Below, piece by piece: positions 1 to 13,348 of a DNA stretch of 64,000 nt. Both the position numbers and the translations under genes were made by a program. The stretch lies in NCBI GenBank assembly GCA_038087875.1, contig CM075979.1, positions 45,756,001 to 45,820,000 of the forward strand, in the 5' to 3' direction. The stretch comes from Malacoraja senta (taxonomy: Eukaryota). Positions within the stretch are counted from its first letter, which is position 1. Each line of letters begins with the position of its first letter. A model generated the notes under the pieces. It did not search any database, was not told the origin of the DNA, and saw only the letters and a list, made by a program, of their open reading frames with translations.

Positions 1-1302
1 CCTTCTCCAACCCCCCCCCCCCCACCCCCGCACTTTCCCTGACGGCTCCCATTTGTGGACCCAGCCTGTGACCAGCGATCCCTTGCACACTATCCCACAC
101 ACGTTAGGGACAATTTATACAAACCTTTGGAGTGCAGGAGGTAACCCTAACCCTAACTCTAGGTTGATAGGCTTGATATTTATAAATTGTCCCTAGCATG
201 TGTGGGATAGTGTGCGGGGGATCGCTGGTCGGTGCGGCCATGGTGGGCCGAAGGGCACAGTATCTCTGAACTAAATGTGACACAGGGGCCCCAGGGGTTG
301 GACTTGAACCCTCAATATTCTGCATGGGAACTAAACTGTTGGTCACGAGTTATCCCAGAGGCAGGTCTCTCTTCCAATGGTCTCTCCAAACCCCTAGAGG
401 CAGCGAGCTTCTCAACTGGGTACAGGCAATGTTATCAATGTACCACCCACCTGCTCCGGCCACTGAGTCTAATACCCACCACCCATTTTGAACCAAGGCA
501 AGGGGTGGAGGGGGGAGGGGGGAAAGGTGGGGGTGATATTCCCAAAGTCTGCATTTATCCATAGTCAATGTTACTAGAACAGATGATGAGGCCTTTAGGC
601 AGCACTATTCGTGTGATCTAGCTGTCACAGGCTGGGTCCACAAATGGGGGGCATCGGGGAAAGTGGGGGGGGGGGGGTTGGAAAATGAGAGAAGGGAAGG
701 GGAGGGGGAGAAGGGGATGTGAGGGGAGGGGGGGGAGTGGAGAAGGAGGGATGGAGGCGGGAGGGAGGAAGAGGGGGGTGGAGGGAGTTCAGTCTACACT
801 CACTGAATCCATCCCTGTGAAAAGTTAGAGACGGTGATTTGGATCTGGAAGCGGACCAATACAAAATAAAACTGAACAATCTTTTCATTTGCACAATTGA
901 TTTTATTGTATTAATTTAAATATATTAATGTTTAAAATCCATGCATTGAAGGAAGAATATTTTACAGCCCATCTGTGGACCCTAACCCCAACCCTAGCCT
1001 TAACCCTAACCAGGCGTCACCCGCAGGACAGCATACGTCATCGTGTGACACTGCGCACGACATGATGAGACACCCAAGTGTCGCCCCTGGATTTTGAACA
1101 TTCCAAACACCTGGGGTGACAGGGAGACGCCGCGCGTCACTACATGCGTCACCACGCATCACGGCCCGACAACGATGCGGCAACCTCTTTTCAGAAAATG
1201 CCGCCCAAGTGGGACAGGATCTTAAATCCCTCACCCCACGGGAGGGGGAGAGAAACTGCAAAGCCACCTGCCCGCGTTTGGTTCATATCCCTCCAAACCT
1301 GA

Positions 1303-1655
1303 TAATAATAATAATAATGGATGGGATTTATATAGCGCCTTTCTAATACTCAAGGCGCTTTACATCACATTATTCATTCACTCCTCAGTCACACTCGGTG
1401 GTGGTGAGCTACTTCTGTAGCCACAGCTGCCCCTGGGGCAGACTGACGGAAGCGTGGCTGCTAATTTGCGCCTACGGCCCCTCCGACCACCACCAATCAC
1501 TCACACACATTCACACACATTCACACACATTCACACGCAGGCAAAGGTGGGTGAAGTGTCTTGCCCAAGGACACAACGACAGTATGCACTCCAAGCGGGA
1601 TTCGAACCGGCTACCTTCCAGTTGCCAGCCGAACACTTAGCCCATTGCGCCATCT
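1303..1655 (-). mobile_element. tRNA-derived SINE (teleost-like V-SINE/DANA type) with (TTA)n tail
   Basis: Minus strand: A box TGGCGCAATGG (about 1641-1652), B box GGTTCGAATCC (about 1597-1608), core TGTGTCCTTGGGCAAGACACTT, ends in ATAAATCCCATCC(ATT)n. Confidence 0.7.
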
Positions 1656-3304
1656 GTCGTCCCAATGGATCTATCCACATGGATCTATCCATGTGCCTCT
1701 CTCTGTCCCTGTCTTTCTATCTCAGGGCTCAAAATTAACGGTTGCCTGGATGTCAATCGTGTGACACCCAAAGCACCGCCAGGCAACCTAAAACCCCGGT
1801 CATTTTCCCCGGCTTGACACAGCAGATACTGGTTTATACCGAAGATAGACACAAAAAACTGGTGTAACTCAGCGGGTCAGGCAGCATCTCTGGAGAAAAG
1901 GAATAAGTGATGTTTCTGGTCATAGAAACATAGAAAATAGGTGCAGGAGGAGGCCATTCGGCCCTTCGATCATTGTGATCATGGCTGATCGTCCCCTATC
2001 AATAATCCGTGCCTGCCTTCTCCCCATATCCCTTGACTCCACTAGCCCCTTGAGCTCTATCTAACTCTCTCTTAAATCCATCCAGTGATTTGGCCTCCAC
2101 TGCCCTCTGTGGCAGGGAATTCCATATATTCACAACTCTCTGGGTAAAAAAGTTTTTTCTCACCTCAGTCTTAAATGACCTCCCCTTTATTCTAAGACTG
2201 TGGCCCCTGGTTCTGGAGTCGCCCAACATTGGGAAGATTTTTCCTGCATCTAGCTTGTCCAGTCCTTTTATAATTTTATATGTTTCTTTAAGATCCCCCC
2301 TCATCCTTCTAAACTCCAGTGAAAACAAGCCTAGTCTTTTCAATCTTTCCTCATATGACAGTCCCGCCATCCCAGGGATCAATCTCGTGAACCTACGCTG
2401 CACTGCCTCAATCACAAGGATGTCCTTCCTCAAATTAGGAGACCAAAATTGTACACAATACTCCAGAGTGGTCTCACCAGAGCCCTATACAACTGCAGAA
2501 GAACCTCTTTACTCCTATACTGAAATCCTCTTGTTATGAAGGCCAACATTCCATTAGCATTCTTCACTGCCTGCTGTACCTGTAAGCAGGGCTCGAAATT
2601 AGAGGTTGCCCGGGTGCCACTGACCACTCAAAGAGCCGCCGGGCAACCTAAACACCGAGTCATTTTGCCCGGCATGGCAACCAGATACTGGTTTGTACCG
2701 AAGATAGACACAAAAAACTGGCGCAACTCCGCGGGTCAGGCAGCATCTCTGGAGAAAAGGAACGCGACGTTTCGTGTTGACGGCGGCTGTATTACGGGGC
2801 AAAGATACTAGGTGCGGGGTGAGGAAGGGTCGGAGCGATTGACGGGCCCCGCACAGCTCCTCCTCCTCCCACCCCCCGCCCACCCTGATAAGGGCCTCTG
2901 CTTGTAAACCTGCTAACGGCGATAACCGCTTTCAAAACAAACCCTCCCGCACGCCGAGGCCGGGAGGAAGGAGGGAGGGGGAGGCCTCGGCATACGGGAG
3001 GGTTTGTTTTGAAAGCGGTTATCGCCGTTAGCGGGTTTACAAGCAGAGGCCGCTATCAGGGCGGGAGGAGGAGGAGATGGAGCCGCTGGCGCGGCCGCTG
3101 TGCGAAGCCCGCCATCGCTCCGACCCTTCTGAAGCAGCTGCACCAAAGATCTTATGGCTATAGGATCTCTGAGCAGCACCGCCCGGCCCCGCACCTTGCT
3201 GTTGGCTGCCGGATTAGGGAGGCGGTGGCGAGGAGTTCCCAACGGCCAAGGCAGCGGGGCGATGTTGTCCGAGGAGCGCTGACCTTCCTTCCTCCCCCAC
3301 CTTG

Positions 3305-3379
<75 letters not shown>

Positions 3380-3856
3380 ACGCCCCTCCACCTCCTTCTC
3401 CTGGGTCCCCTCCACTCCATCCCGCACTGATCCCCATTCCCACGTCAATTCAGTCCTCACTGACATCCCCTGTGCTCCCCTCCACATCTACCCCCCCCCC
3501 ATCTATTCATCCTGCGCTGATCACCCTATCCGCCTCGCATTGATTCTCCTGCCACCCCCCCCCCCCCCCCCATCCATCCTACACTGGTTCCCCAATTCAC
3601 CCTGTACTTACCCCTTTCCCATCCATCCAGCACTTCTCCTCCATCCATCCTGTACTAATCCACGCATTCATCCCGTACTGACCCACCCTCCATTTACCCT
3701 GCACCTTCCCCTCATTCATCCTGTAGTGATCCCCCATTCATCCTGCACACCCTCCGATCCACACTGTACTGACCCCCCCCCCCCCATTCATCCTGCGCCG
3801 ATCTCCTCCCCCCATCCTGTACTGATCCTCCCATTCAAGAAGAATGGGGGAACAGT

Positions 3857-3884
3857 CTGAAGAAGGGTCTCGACCCGAAACGTT
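3857..3884 (+). ncRNA. Minimal hammerhead ribozyme motif (Penelope-type), representative copy
   Basis: CTGAAGA-A-GGGT(CTCG)ACCC-GAAAC-GTT: CUGANGA and GAAA cores, stem II, palindromic ACGT stem III. Confidence 0.65.
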
Positions 3885-4185
3885 GCCTATTTCCCTCGCT
3901 CCATAGATGCTGCCTCACCCGCTGAGTTTCTCCAGCACTTTTGTCTACCCCCATCCATCCCGTACTGAACCCCCCCCCCATTCAACACCACTGACATCCC
4001 CCGTGCTCTCCCCTCACAATTTTACATACTCCAACCAACACGTACTAATTCACCTGCCTCAATCCATCCATTCTGCACCGACTGCCTTCTAATCCCCCAC
4101 CCCCGCCATCTATCCACCCCGCACTGATTCACACACACACCCCTCCCTGACCCTATTGTGCTGGAAATGTCTTCAGAGCGAACAT

Positions 4186-4535
4186 AGAAACATAGAAAAT
4201 AGGTGCAGGAGTAGGCCATTCGGCCCTTCGAGCCTGCACCGCCATTCAATATGATCATGGCTGATCATCCAACTCAGTATCCTGTACCTGCCTTCTCTCC
4301 ATACCCCCTGATCCCTTTAGCCACAAGGGCCACATCTAACTCCCTCTTAAATATAGCCAATGAACTGGCCTCAACTACCTTCTGTGGCAGAGAGTTCCAG
4401 AGATTCACCACTCTCTGTGTGAAAAATGTTTTTCTCATCTCGGTCCTAAAGGATTTCCCCTTGATCCTTAAACTGTGCCCCCTTGTCCTGGACTTCCCCA
4501 ACATCGGGAACAATCTTCCTGCATCTAGCCTGTCC
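4186..4535 (-). mobile_element. 5'-truncated CR1 3' fragment inserted in the hAT copy
   Basis: Flanked by AACAT on both sides. The empty site GCGAACATTGAC is present in the sister copy (about 11256-11267). Confidence 0.85.
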
Positions 4536-7500
4536 AACATTGACTATGCTAGATAACGAAATGCAATCAAATGTTTTCATTCCCAATGTTATTATTTGTT
4601 TGAATCCATAAAGATGGAGTAATTAAATTGTGAACACGTGAAACATTAAAACCGTAGTGTTCGATTGTCAATGCTGCCGTTGACACGTTATTACAGAATT
4701 AATTTTAACGACAAATCAATGCTCTTAATATGGAGTATCAGTACTGTAGTTATTTAATGAGCAACATTCACAACTATACGTACGCATATATGTTACCATG
4801 GTCCAGGATTTATTGACACAGGTTGATCATACCCTGAATAATCCAACCACATTTTTGTTTGGAAGTGGAAAGAACTAATAGAAATTGCATTCATTGCAAT
4901 GTGTAAAAAGAGTTGAGATACTGTATTATAATTTTGCTGCATGTCATTGTGGTATATATCATATGGTTATGGTTATATGGTTATATGGTTATATCTTGAT
5001 TCATGAATATGTTTAGTTTGTAACTTTATTTGAAGCAGAAATAATATGTGAATGCTTCATTGAGGATAATTCCGACTGGTAACTACGCACTTCGTCCGAG
5101 CACATTATCGCACGCGTCATGCAAACCATCTTAAATGACCACCTAAACTGTCATTTGGCAACCTAAAAAGCTGCCACGGTTGCCCGGCTGGCAACAGGGA
5201 AAAAAAGTTAAGCGAGAGCCCTGTGTAAGCCAACTTTCAGTGACCGGTGTACAAGGACACCCAGGTCTCGCTGCACCTCCACCTTACCTAACCTAACCCC
5301 AGTGAGATAATAATCTGCCCCATTGTTTTTGCTGCCAAAGTGGATAACCTCACATTTATCTATATTATACTGCATCTGCCACGCATCTGCCCACTCACTC
5401 AACCTGTCCAGGTCACCCTGCAACCTCCTAACATCCTCTTCACAGTTCACACTGCCACCCAGCTTTGTGTCATCCGCAAACTTGCTAGTGTTGCTCCTAA
5501 TTCCCTCTTCCAAATCATTAATATATATGGTAACCAGTTGCGGGCCCAACACCGAGCCTTGCGGCACTCCACTCGCCACTGCCTGCCATTCTGAAAAGGA
5601 ACCGTTCACTCCTACTCTTTGCTTCCATTCTGCCAACCAATTTTCTATCCATGTCAACACCCTACCGCCATTCCATGTGCTCTAATTTTAGTCACCAGTC
5701 TCCCGTGCAGGACATTATCAAAGGCTTTCTGAAAGTCTAAATACATTACATCCACTGGCTACCCCTTCATCCATTTTACTTGTCACATCCTCTAAAAATT
5801 CCAGAAGATTAGTCAAGCATGATTTCCCTTTCATAAATCCATGTTGACTTGGACTAATCCTTTTACTGCTATCCAAATGCCCCATTATTACCTCTTTGAT
5901 AATTGACGCCAGCATCTTTCCCACCTCCGAAGTCAGGCTAACTGGTCTGTAATTCCCCGTTTTCTCTCTCGCTCCTTTCTTGAAAATTGGGATAACATTA
6001 GCTATCCTCCAATCCACAGGAACTGATCCTAAATCTATTGAACATTGGAAAATGATCGCCATTGCATCCACTATTTCTAGAGCCACCTCCCTGAGGACCC
6101 TGGGATGCAGACCATCAGGCCCAGGGGATTTAGCATCCTTCAGTCCCATTAGCCTACCCAATACAATTTCTCGCCTAATGAAAATTTATTTCAGTTCCTC
6201 TACCCCCTTTGATTCTCTGTCCTCCAGTACATCTGGGAGATTGTTTGTGTCTTCCTTAGTGAAGACAGATCCGAAAGACCTATTCAACTGTTCTGCCATT
6301 TCCTTGTTGCCCATAATAATTTCACCCGTGTCTGCCTTCAAGGGACCCACATTTGACTTTGCTACTCTTTTTCCCTTAACATTATCTAAAGAAGCTTTTA
6401 CTGTCTCTTTATATTCCTGGCCAGCTTCCCCTCGTACTTCATCTTTTCAGCCCGTATTGCCCGTTTTGTTTCCTTTGTTGTCCTATGAAAGTTACCCAAT
6501 CCTCTGGCTTCCGGCTACTCTTTGCTGTGTTATACATCTTTTCTTTTACTTTTATTCTATCCCTAACTTCTCTTGTCAGCCACGGTTGCCTCCTACTCCC
6601 CTTAGAATCTTTCTTCCTTTTTGAAATGAAATGATCCTGCGTCTTCCGGATTATGCCCAGAAATTCCTGCCATTGCTGTTCCACTGTCATTCCTGCTAGG
6701 ATCCCTTTCCAGTCTACCTTGGCCAGCTCCCCTCTCATGCCTTCATAGTCCCCTTTGTTCAACTGCATCACTGACACTTCCGATTTAATGTTCTCCTTCT
6801 CAAATTGCAGATTAAAACTAATCATATTATGATCACTACCTCCAAGCGGTTCCTTTACCTCGAGTTCTCTTATCATATCTGGTTCATTGGATAACACTAA
6901 ATCCAGAATTGCCTTTTCTCTGGTCGGCTCCATTACAATCTGCTCTAAGAATCCATCTCGGAGGCATTCTACAAATTCTCTTTCTTGGGGTCCTGAACCA
7001 ACCTGATTTTCCCAGTCTACCTGCATATTGAAATCCCCGATCACCACAGTGGCATTACCTTTGTTACATGCCAGTTTTAACTCCTGCTGCAACTTACACC
7101 CTACATCCGGGCTACTATTTGGGGCTCTAGATAACACCAATTAGTGTCTTCTTGCCTTTACAATTCCTCAATCCACAGTGACTCTACCTCGTCAGTTCCT
7201 ATGTCTTCCCTCGCAAGGGAATGAATTCCATCCCTCACCAGCAGAGCTACCCCCCCTCCTCTGTCCACCTGCCTGTCCTTTCTATAGGATGTATAACCCT
7301 GAATATTAAGTTCCCAGGCCCGATCCTCCTGCAGCCACGTCTCAGTAATCCCCACAATGTCATATCTACCAACCTCTAACTGAGCCTCAAGCTCATCTAC
7401 TTTACTTCTTATACTTCGCGCAATCATATACAATACTTTTAATTCCTTACGCATCTCACCTTTCACATCGATCCCTTTTACACTTGGCCATACGCTCCTA

Positions 7501-9722
7501 TCCCTTTGTGAGCTTCCTTTCCCGTTAATTCTGGGGTCATTCACCATCCCTTTACTCTCTTTCCCTTTAACTCCGTCCTCGACTATCCCATTTGACACCC
7601 CACCCCCCTTATTCAGTTTAAAACCACCCGTGTAGCAGTGGCAAACCTCCCTGCCAGAATGCTGGTCCCCCACCTGTTAAGATGCAATCCGTCCCTTTTG
7701 TACAGTTCCCCCTTACTCCAAAACAGATCCCAGTGATCTAAGAATCTAAATCCCTGCCCCCTGCACCAGTTCCTCAGCCACATATTCAGGTCCCGTATCT
7801 CCCTGTTCCTGTTCTCGCCAGCACGAGGAACTGGAAGCAAACCGGAGATAACAACCATGGAGGTCCTGTTTTTCAGCATTTTTCCGAGCTCTCTAATGTC
7901 ACGCTGCAGAATATTCATCCCCTTCTTTCCGACATCGTTTGTGCACTGCCACTTCCGGCTGTTCACCTTCGCCCTGGAGGATTTTCTGCACTCTGTCCGT
8001 GACATCCTGGATCCTGGCACCAGGAAGGCAGCACACCATCCTCGAATCCCGTCTGTTCCCGCAGAAACCCCTGAACGTACCTCTCACAATGGAGTCTCCA
8101 ACTACAATGGCGTTGCCTGACGTTGGCCTCTTTGGTTTTGGCTCAACAGCCCTTTTTGCTTCGCAAGCCAGTCCGCCGCTCAGTGTGATAACGTCTTCTG
8201 TCCCGACAGCTTCTAAGTGGGTGAACCTGTTCACAAGAGGTACAACACCCGGGGACGTTTGCATTCCATGTTTCCCTCCCTTTCTCACCGTCACCCACCT
8301 TCTCTCTTCCAGTACCTTAGGTGTAAACAATCTTACTGTAGGACTCGTCGAGGAACGACTCCGTTTCTCGGACGAACCTGAGGTCATCCACTTGCTTCTC
8401 CAGTTCCCCAACACGGTCCTTCAGGAGCTGTACCTGGATGCACTTCTCACATCTGTAGCAGCCAGAGGCACCAGCAGTGTCCTTGACCTCCCACATACTG
8501 CAAGCATCACACTGAATCAGCTTGCTTGACATCTCCTTCCTTCGTCTCTCCCTCTCCAACGTTTTGCGTGGCCTCCTCACCGAAGACCCTCGGGCCAATG
8601 ACTCGCACTTTTCTCACAGGGCACTTCCCTCACAAGGCTGGCGGCGACGGCTGTAGTGCGGGGTGATGGAGGGTCGGAGCGAATAACGGCCTTGCACAGC
8701 AGCAGCAGCGACGGTGGCTCCACTTCCTCCTGCACGCCGCCCGCCCTGATAGCGGCCACTGCGTGCCATTCCGCCAATGGCGATAGTCGCTTTCAAAACA
8801 AATCCTCCCGCACACCGACGCCGGGAGGAGGGAGGGAGGAGGAGACCCCCTTCCGCTGTCTGAAGCACCTGCACCACTCGGCCACGCACCTTCCTGTTGG
8901 CTGGCGGAGGAGAGGAGGCGGTGATGAGGAGATCCCAACAGCCTCTCCCTTTGGCGGCGGCACTTGGCGGTGGACAGGGATGGCCAAGACAGCGGGGCGA
9001 TGATGCCGGTGTTGTCCGAGGAGCGCTGACCTCCCTTCCTCCCCACCTCCTCTGCCCCTTCCCCCCTCTCTCTCTCTCTCTCTCTTCCATCCCCCTTATC
9101 CTGGGACCCCTCCTCTCCATCCCACACTGATCCCCATTCCCACCTCTATTCAGTCCTCACTGACACCCTCTGTGCTTCCCTCCCCATCTACAACCCCCTC
9201 CCCCACCACCATCTATTCATCCCGCACTGATTCACACCCCCCCCCCCCCCCCCGACCCTACTGCACTGGAAATGTTTTCAAAGCGAACATTGACTATGTT
9301 TGATAACGGAATGCATTCAAATGTGTTTTAATTCCCAATGTTATTATTTGTTTTAAACCTTAAAGATGCATTAATTAAATTGTGAACACGTGAAACATTA
9401 AAACCGCAGTTTTCGATTGTCACTGCTACCGTTGACACGTTAACAGAATTCATTTTAACGGCAAATCAATGCTCTTAATATGGAGTATCAGTGCTGTAGT
9501 TATTTAATGAGGAACATTCACAACTATATACGTTGGATTTATCCAGGTTTTACTTCTACAGTCGGTCATATACATCACAAATTTGGTCAGGAGATATTTC
9601 AGTTGAAAATTTTAACATTAATTCTGAAGTGGGAATGGTGGAAACAGCTTTTATCAATAATTTATTTTAAAAATCTGGTGCATACAAACTGGGTATCTTC
9701 ATTGCTGTTCACAACACATACA

Positions 9723-11915
9723 CAGGGCTCGAAATTAGAGGTTGCCCGGGTGCCACTGACCACTCAAAGCGCCGCCGGGCAACCTAAACACCGAGTCATT
9801 TTGCCCGGCTTGGCAACCAGATACTGGTTTGTACCGAAGATCGACACAAAAAACGAGTAACTCCGCGGGTCAGGCAGCATCTCTGGAGAAAAGGAACGCG
9901 GCGTTTTGTTTCGCCGGTGACGGCTGTATTGCGGGGAAAAGATACTAGGTGCGGGTTGAGGAAGGGTCGGAGCGAATGACAGGCCCCGAACAGCGGCCTC
10001 TGCTTGTAAATCCGCTAACGGCGATAACCGCTTTCGAAACAAACCCTCCCGCACGCCGAGGCCGGGAGGAGGGAAGGAGGGAGGCCTCGGCGTGCGGGAG
10101 GGTTTGTTTTGAAAGCCCGTTAGCGGGTTTACAAGCAGAGGCCCTTATCAGGGCGGGCGGGGGGCGGGAGGAGGAGGAGATGGAGCCGCTATCGCAGCTG
10201 CTGCTGCCGCTGTGCGAAGCCCGTCATTTGCTTCGACTCGTCTGAAGCAGCTGCACCAAAGATCCTATAGCTATAGGATCTCTGAGCTGCACCGCTCGGC
10301 CTCGCACCTTGCTGTTGGCTGCCGGAGGAGGGAGGCGGTGGCAAGGAGTTCCCAATGGCCAACGCAGCAGGGCGATGTTGTCTGAGGAGCGCTGACCTTC
10401 CTTCCTCCCCACCTCGCCCCCCTCTCCCTCTCTCACTCTCCCTCTCTCTTGTACGCCCCCTCCACCCCCTTATCTTGGGACCCCTCCACTCCATCCCGCA
10501 CTGATCCCCATTCCCGCGTCTATTCAGTCCTCACTGACATCCCCTGGGCTCCCCTCCACATCTACCCCCCCCCATCTATTCATCCTGCGCTGATCACCCT
10601 ATCCACCTCGCATTGATTCTCCTGCCACCCCCCCCCCCCCCCATCCATCCTACACTGGTTCCCCAATTCACCCTGTACTTACCCCTTTCCCATCCATCCA
10701 GCACTTCTCCTGCATCCATCCTGTACTAATCCACACATTCATCCCGTACTGACCCACCCTCCATTTACCCTGCACCTTCCCCCCTCCCCTCATTCATCCT
10801 GTTGTGATCCCCCATTCATCCTGCACACCCTCCGATCCACACTGTACTGACGCCCCACCATTCATCCTGCACTGATATCCCCCCCCATCCATCCTGTACT
10901 GATCCTCCCATTCAAGAAGAATGGGGGGAACAGTCTGAAGAAGGGTCTCGACCCGAAACGTTGCCTATTGCCTTCGCTCCATAGATGCTGCCTCATCCGC
11001 TGAGTTTCTCCAGCACTTTTGTCTACCCCCATCCATCCCGTACTGAACCCCCCCCCATTCAACACCACTGACATCCCCCGTGCTCTCCCCTCACAATTTT
11101 ACCTACACCAACCAACACGTACTAATTCACCTGCCTCAATCCATCCATTCTGCACCGACTGCCTTCTAATCCCCCACCCCCGCCATCTATCCACCCCGCA
11201 CTGATTCACACACACACCCCTCCCTGACCCTATTGTGCTGGAAATGTCTTCAGAGCGAACATTGACTATGTTTGATAACGGAATGCAATCAAATGTGTTT
11301 TAATTCCCAATGTTATTATTTGTTTTAATCCATAAAGATGGATTAATTAAATTGTGAACACGTGAAACATTAAAACCGCAGTGTTCGATTGTCACTGCTG
11401 CCGTTGACAAGTTATTATAGAATTCATTTTAACGGCAAATCAATGCTCTTAATATGGAGTATCAGTACTGTAGTTATTTAATGAGGAACATTCACAACTA
11501 TACGTACGCATATATGTTACCATGGTCCAGGATTTATTGACACAGGTTGATCATACGCTGAATAATCCAACCACATTTTTGTTTGGAAGTGGAAAGAACT
11601 AATAGAAATTGCATTAATTGCAATGTGTAAAAAGAGTTGAGATACTGTCATAATTTTGCTGCATGTCATTGTGGGATATATCATGTCTTGATTGGTGAAT
11701 ATGTTTAGTTTGTGACTTTATTTGAAGCAGAAATAATATGTGAATGCTTCATTGAGTATAATTCCGACTGGTAACTACACACTTCGTCCGAGCACATTAT
11801 CGCACGCGTCATGCAAGCCATCTTAAATGACCACATAAGCTGTCATTTGGCAACCTAATAAGCTGCCATGGTTGCCCGGCTGGCAACAGGGAAAAAAAGT
11901 TAAGCGAGAACCCTG
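9723..11915. mobile_element. hAT-like non-autonomous DNA transposon, 6-bp TSD CATACA
   Basis: CATACA|CAGGGCTC...GAACCCTG|CATACA; collinear with 2587-5223. Confidence 0.85.
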
Positions 11916-13164
11916 CATACATCTAATCTGAATGTCCGGTAATGTGGCGTTTTGACAACTTTAAACATATTGCCAAATGAACATTTGCTGCAGTTATGTC
12001 CTTTGGCCATCTCTTGTCAGTTAGTGTAATGTTTAAGCTGTCAGATGGGTATAGTCGGTTTTAACAGCTATTATCATAAAATACCTTTCGAAATTTCCTT
12101 GCGACCTGTATATTTTGTTATGGATAAATTATGTGGGAAGCGAGAGTGTTTCTGTACCAATAGCAATAACGACCCATGGTATGGCCATGTCATGATAATT
12201 TTCGGTCCTTCACAGAAAACATGCTTGCATCAATCTGTAGTGTGCATGGTTACGCATATATGTTACCATGGTCCAGGATTTATTGACGCAGGTTAATCAT
12301 ACGCTGAATAATCCAACCACATTTTTGTTTGGAAGTGGAAAGAAATAATAGAAATTGCATTAATTGCAACGTGTAAAAAGAGTTGAGATTATAATTTTGC
12401 TGCATGTCATTGTGGGATATATCATGTCTTGATTGGTGAATATATTTAGTTTGTGACTTTATTTGAAGCAGAAATAATATGTGAATGCTTCATTGAGGAT
12501 AATTCTGACTGGTAACTACGCACTTCGTCCGAGCACATTATCATACGCGTCATGCAAGCCGTCTTAAATGACCACCTAAACTGTCATTCGGCAACCTAAA
12601 AAGCTGCCAAGGTTGCCCGGCTGGCAACAGGGAAAAAGATTAAGTGAGAACCCTGCTTGGTATAAATGTAATTGTCCCTAGTGTGTGTAGGATAGTGTTA
12701 ATGTGCAGGGATCGCTGGTCGGTGCGGCCTTGGTGGGCAGAAGGGCCTGTTTCCGTGCTGGATCTCTAAACTAAACTAAACAAATTAGACTCGATCTATA
12801 AGTTCACAGATGACACCATCGTAGTGGGCTGGATATCAAATAATGATGAGATGGAGTATAGATAGGAGATTGAGAACCTTGTAACCTGGTGCCAAGGCAA
12901 CAACCTTTCTCTCAATGTCAGCAAGAAAAATGAGATAGTGATTGACTCCAGGTACACATACATTGACAGTGCTGAAGTAGATTGGTCGAAGACCATTCAC
13001 ATTGTCGGTTTGGCCAAGAAAGCAAACCACCCCTTCACTTCCTAAGAAGGAATTGGAAGTTGGGATGTATCACAGCCAGGTTTAGGAACAACTCTATCCA
13101 AGACCGCCAGAAATTGCACAGAACCATGGATGTAGCCCCGACCATCATGCAAACCAACCTAAGA

Positions 13165-13348
13165 TAGACACAAAATGATGGAGTAACTCAGAGGGACAGG
13201 CAACATTACTGGAGAGAAGGAATGGGTGACTTTTCAGGTCGAGACCCTTCTTCAGACGTCTGAAGAAGGGTCTCGTCCTGAAACGTCAACATTCTTCTCA
13301 CCAGAGATGCTGCCTGTCCCGCTGTGTTACTCCAGCATTTTGTGTCTA
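13165..13348. repeat. Inverted dimer of the about 95-bp hammerhead-bearing short element
   Basis: TAGACACAAAAT...CCCTTCTTCAGAC|GTCTGAAGAAGGG...ATTTTGTGTCTA, centre about 13257. Confidence 0.8.

Larger units (their letters stand above)
2587..5223. mobile_element. hAT-like non-autonomous DNA transposon, 6-bp TSD TGTAAG
   Basis: TGTAAG|CAGGGCTC...GAGCCCTG|TGTAAG; CR1 sequence resumes exactly on both sides. Confidence 0.85.
1921..8640 (-). mobile_element. Near full-length CR1 LINE (decayed), split by a hAT-like insertion at 2587-5223
   Basis: ORF1 from about 8532 with zinc-knuckle CDACSMW..C.KC and SGNH esterase (VGDSIVRG). ORF2 has APE (VGITETW, VIGDFN, SDHN) and RT (QHGF, SGVPQGSVLGP, FADDTKL). 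(TTTCTATG)n tail at 1921. Confidence 0.9.
1723..12655. mobile_element. Outer hAT-like non-autonomous element (pieces 1723-1920, about 8641-9722, 11922-12655), interrupted by a CR1 and a second hAT copy
   Basis: CAGGGCTC left end and GAACCCTG right end with GGTTGCC/GGCAACC subterminal motifs. Internal sequence is collinear with the two nested copies. Flanks give no matching TSD, so joining the two ends is inferred. Confidence 0.55.

Noticed and set aside
985-1012. Telomere-like CCCTAA repeats (also about 143-158)
   Set aside because: Only a few degenerate units inside other repeats; not an interstitial telomere.
2913-3860. RERE/SLSL and Pro-rich ORFs
   Set aside because: Translations of (CT)n and C-rich low-complexity sequence inside a non-autonomous transposon.
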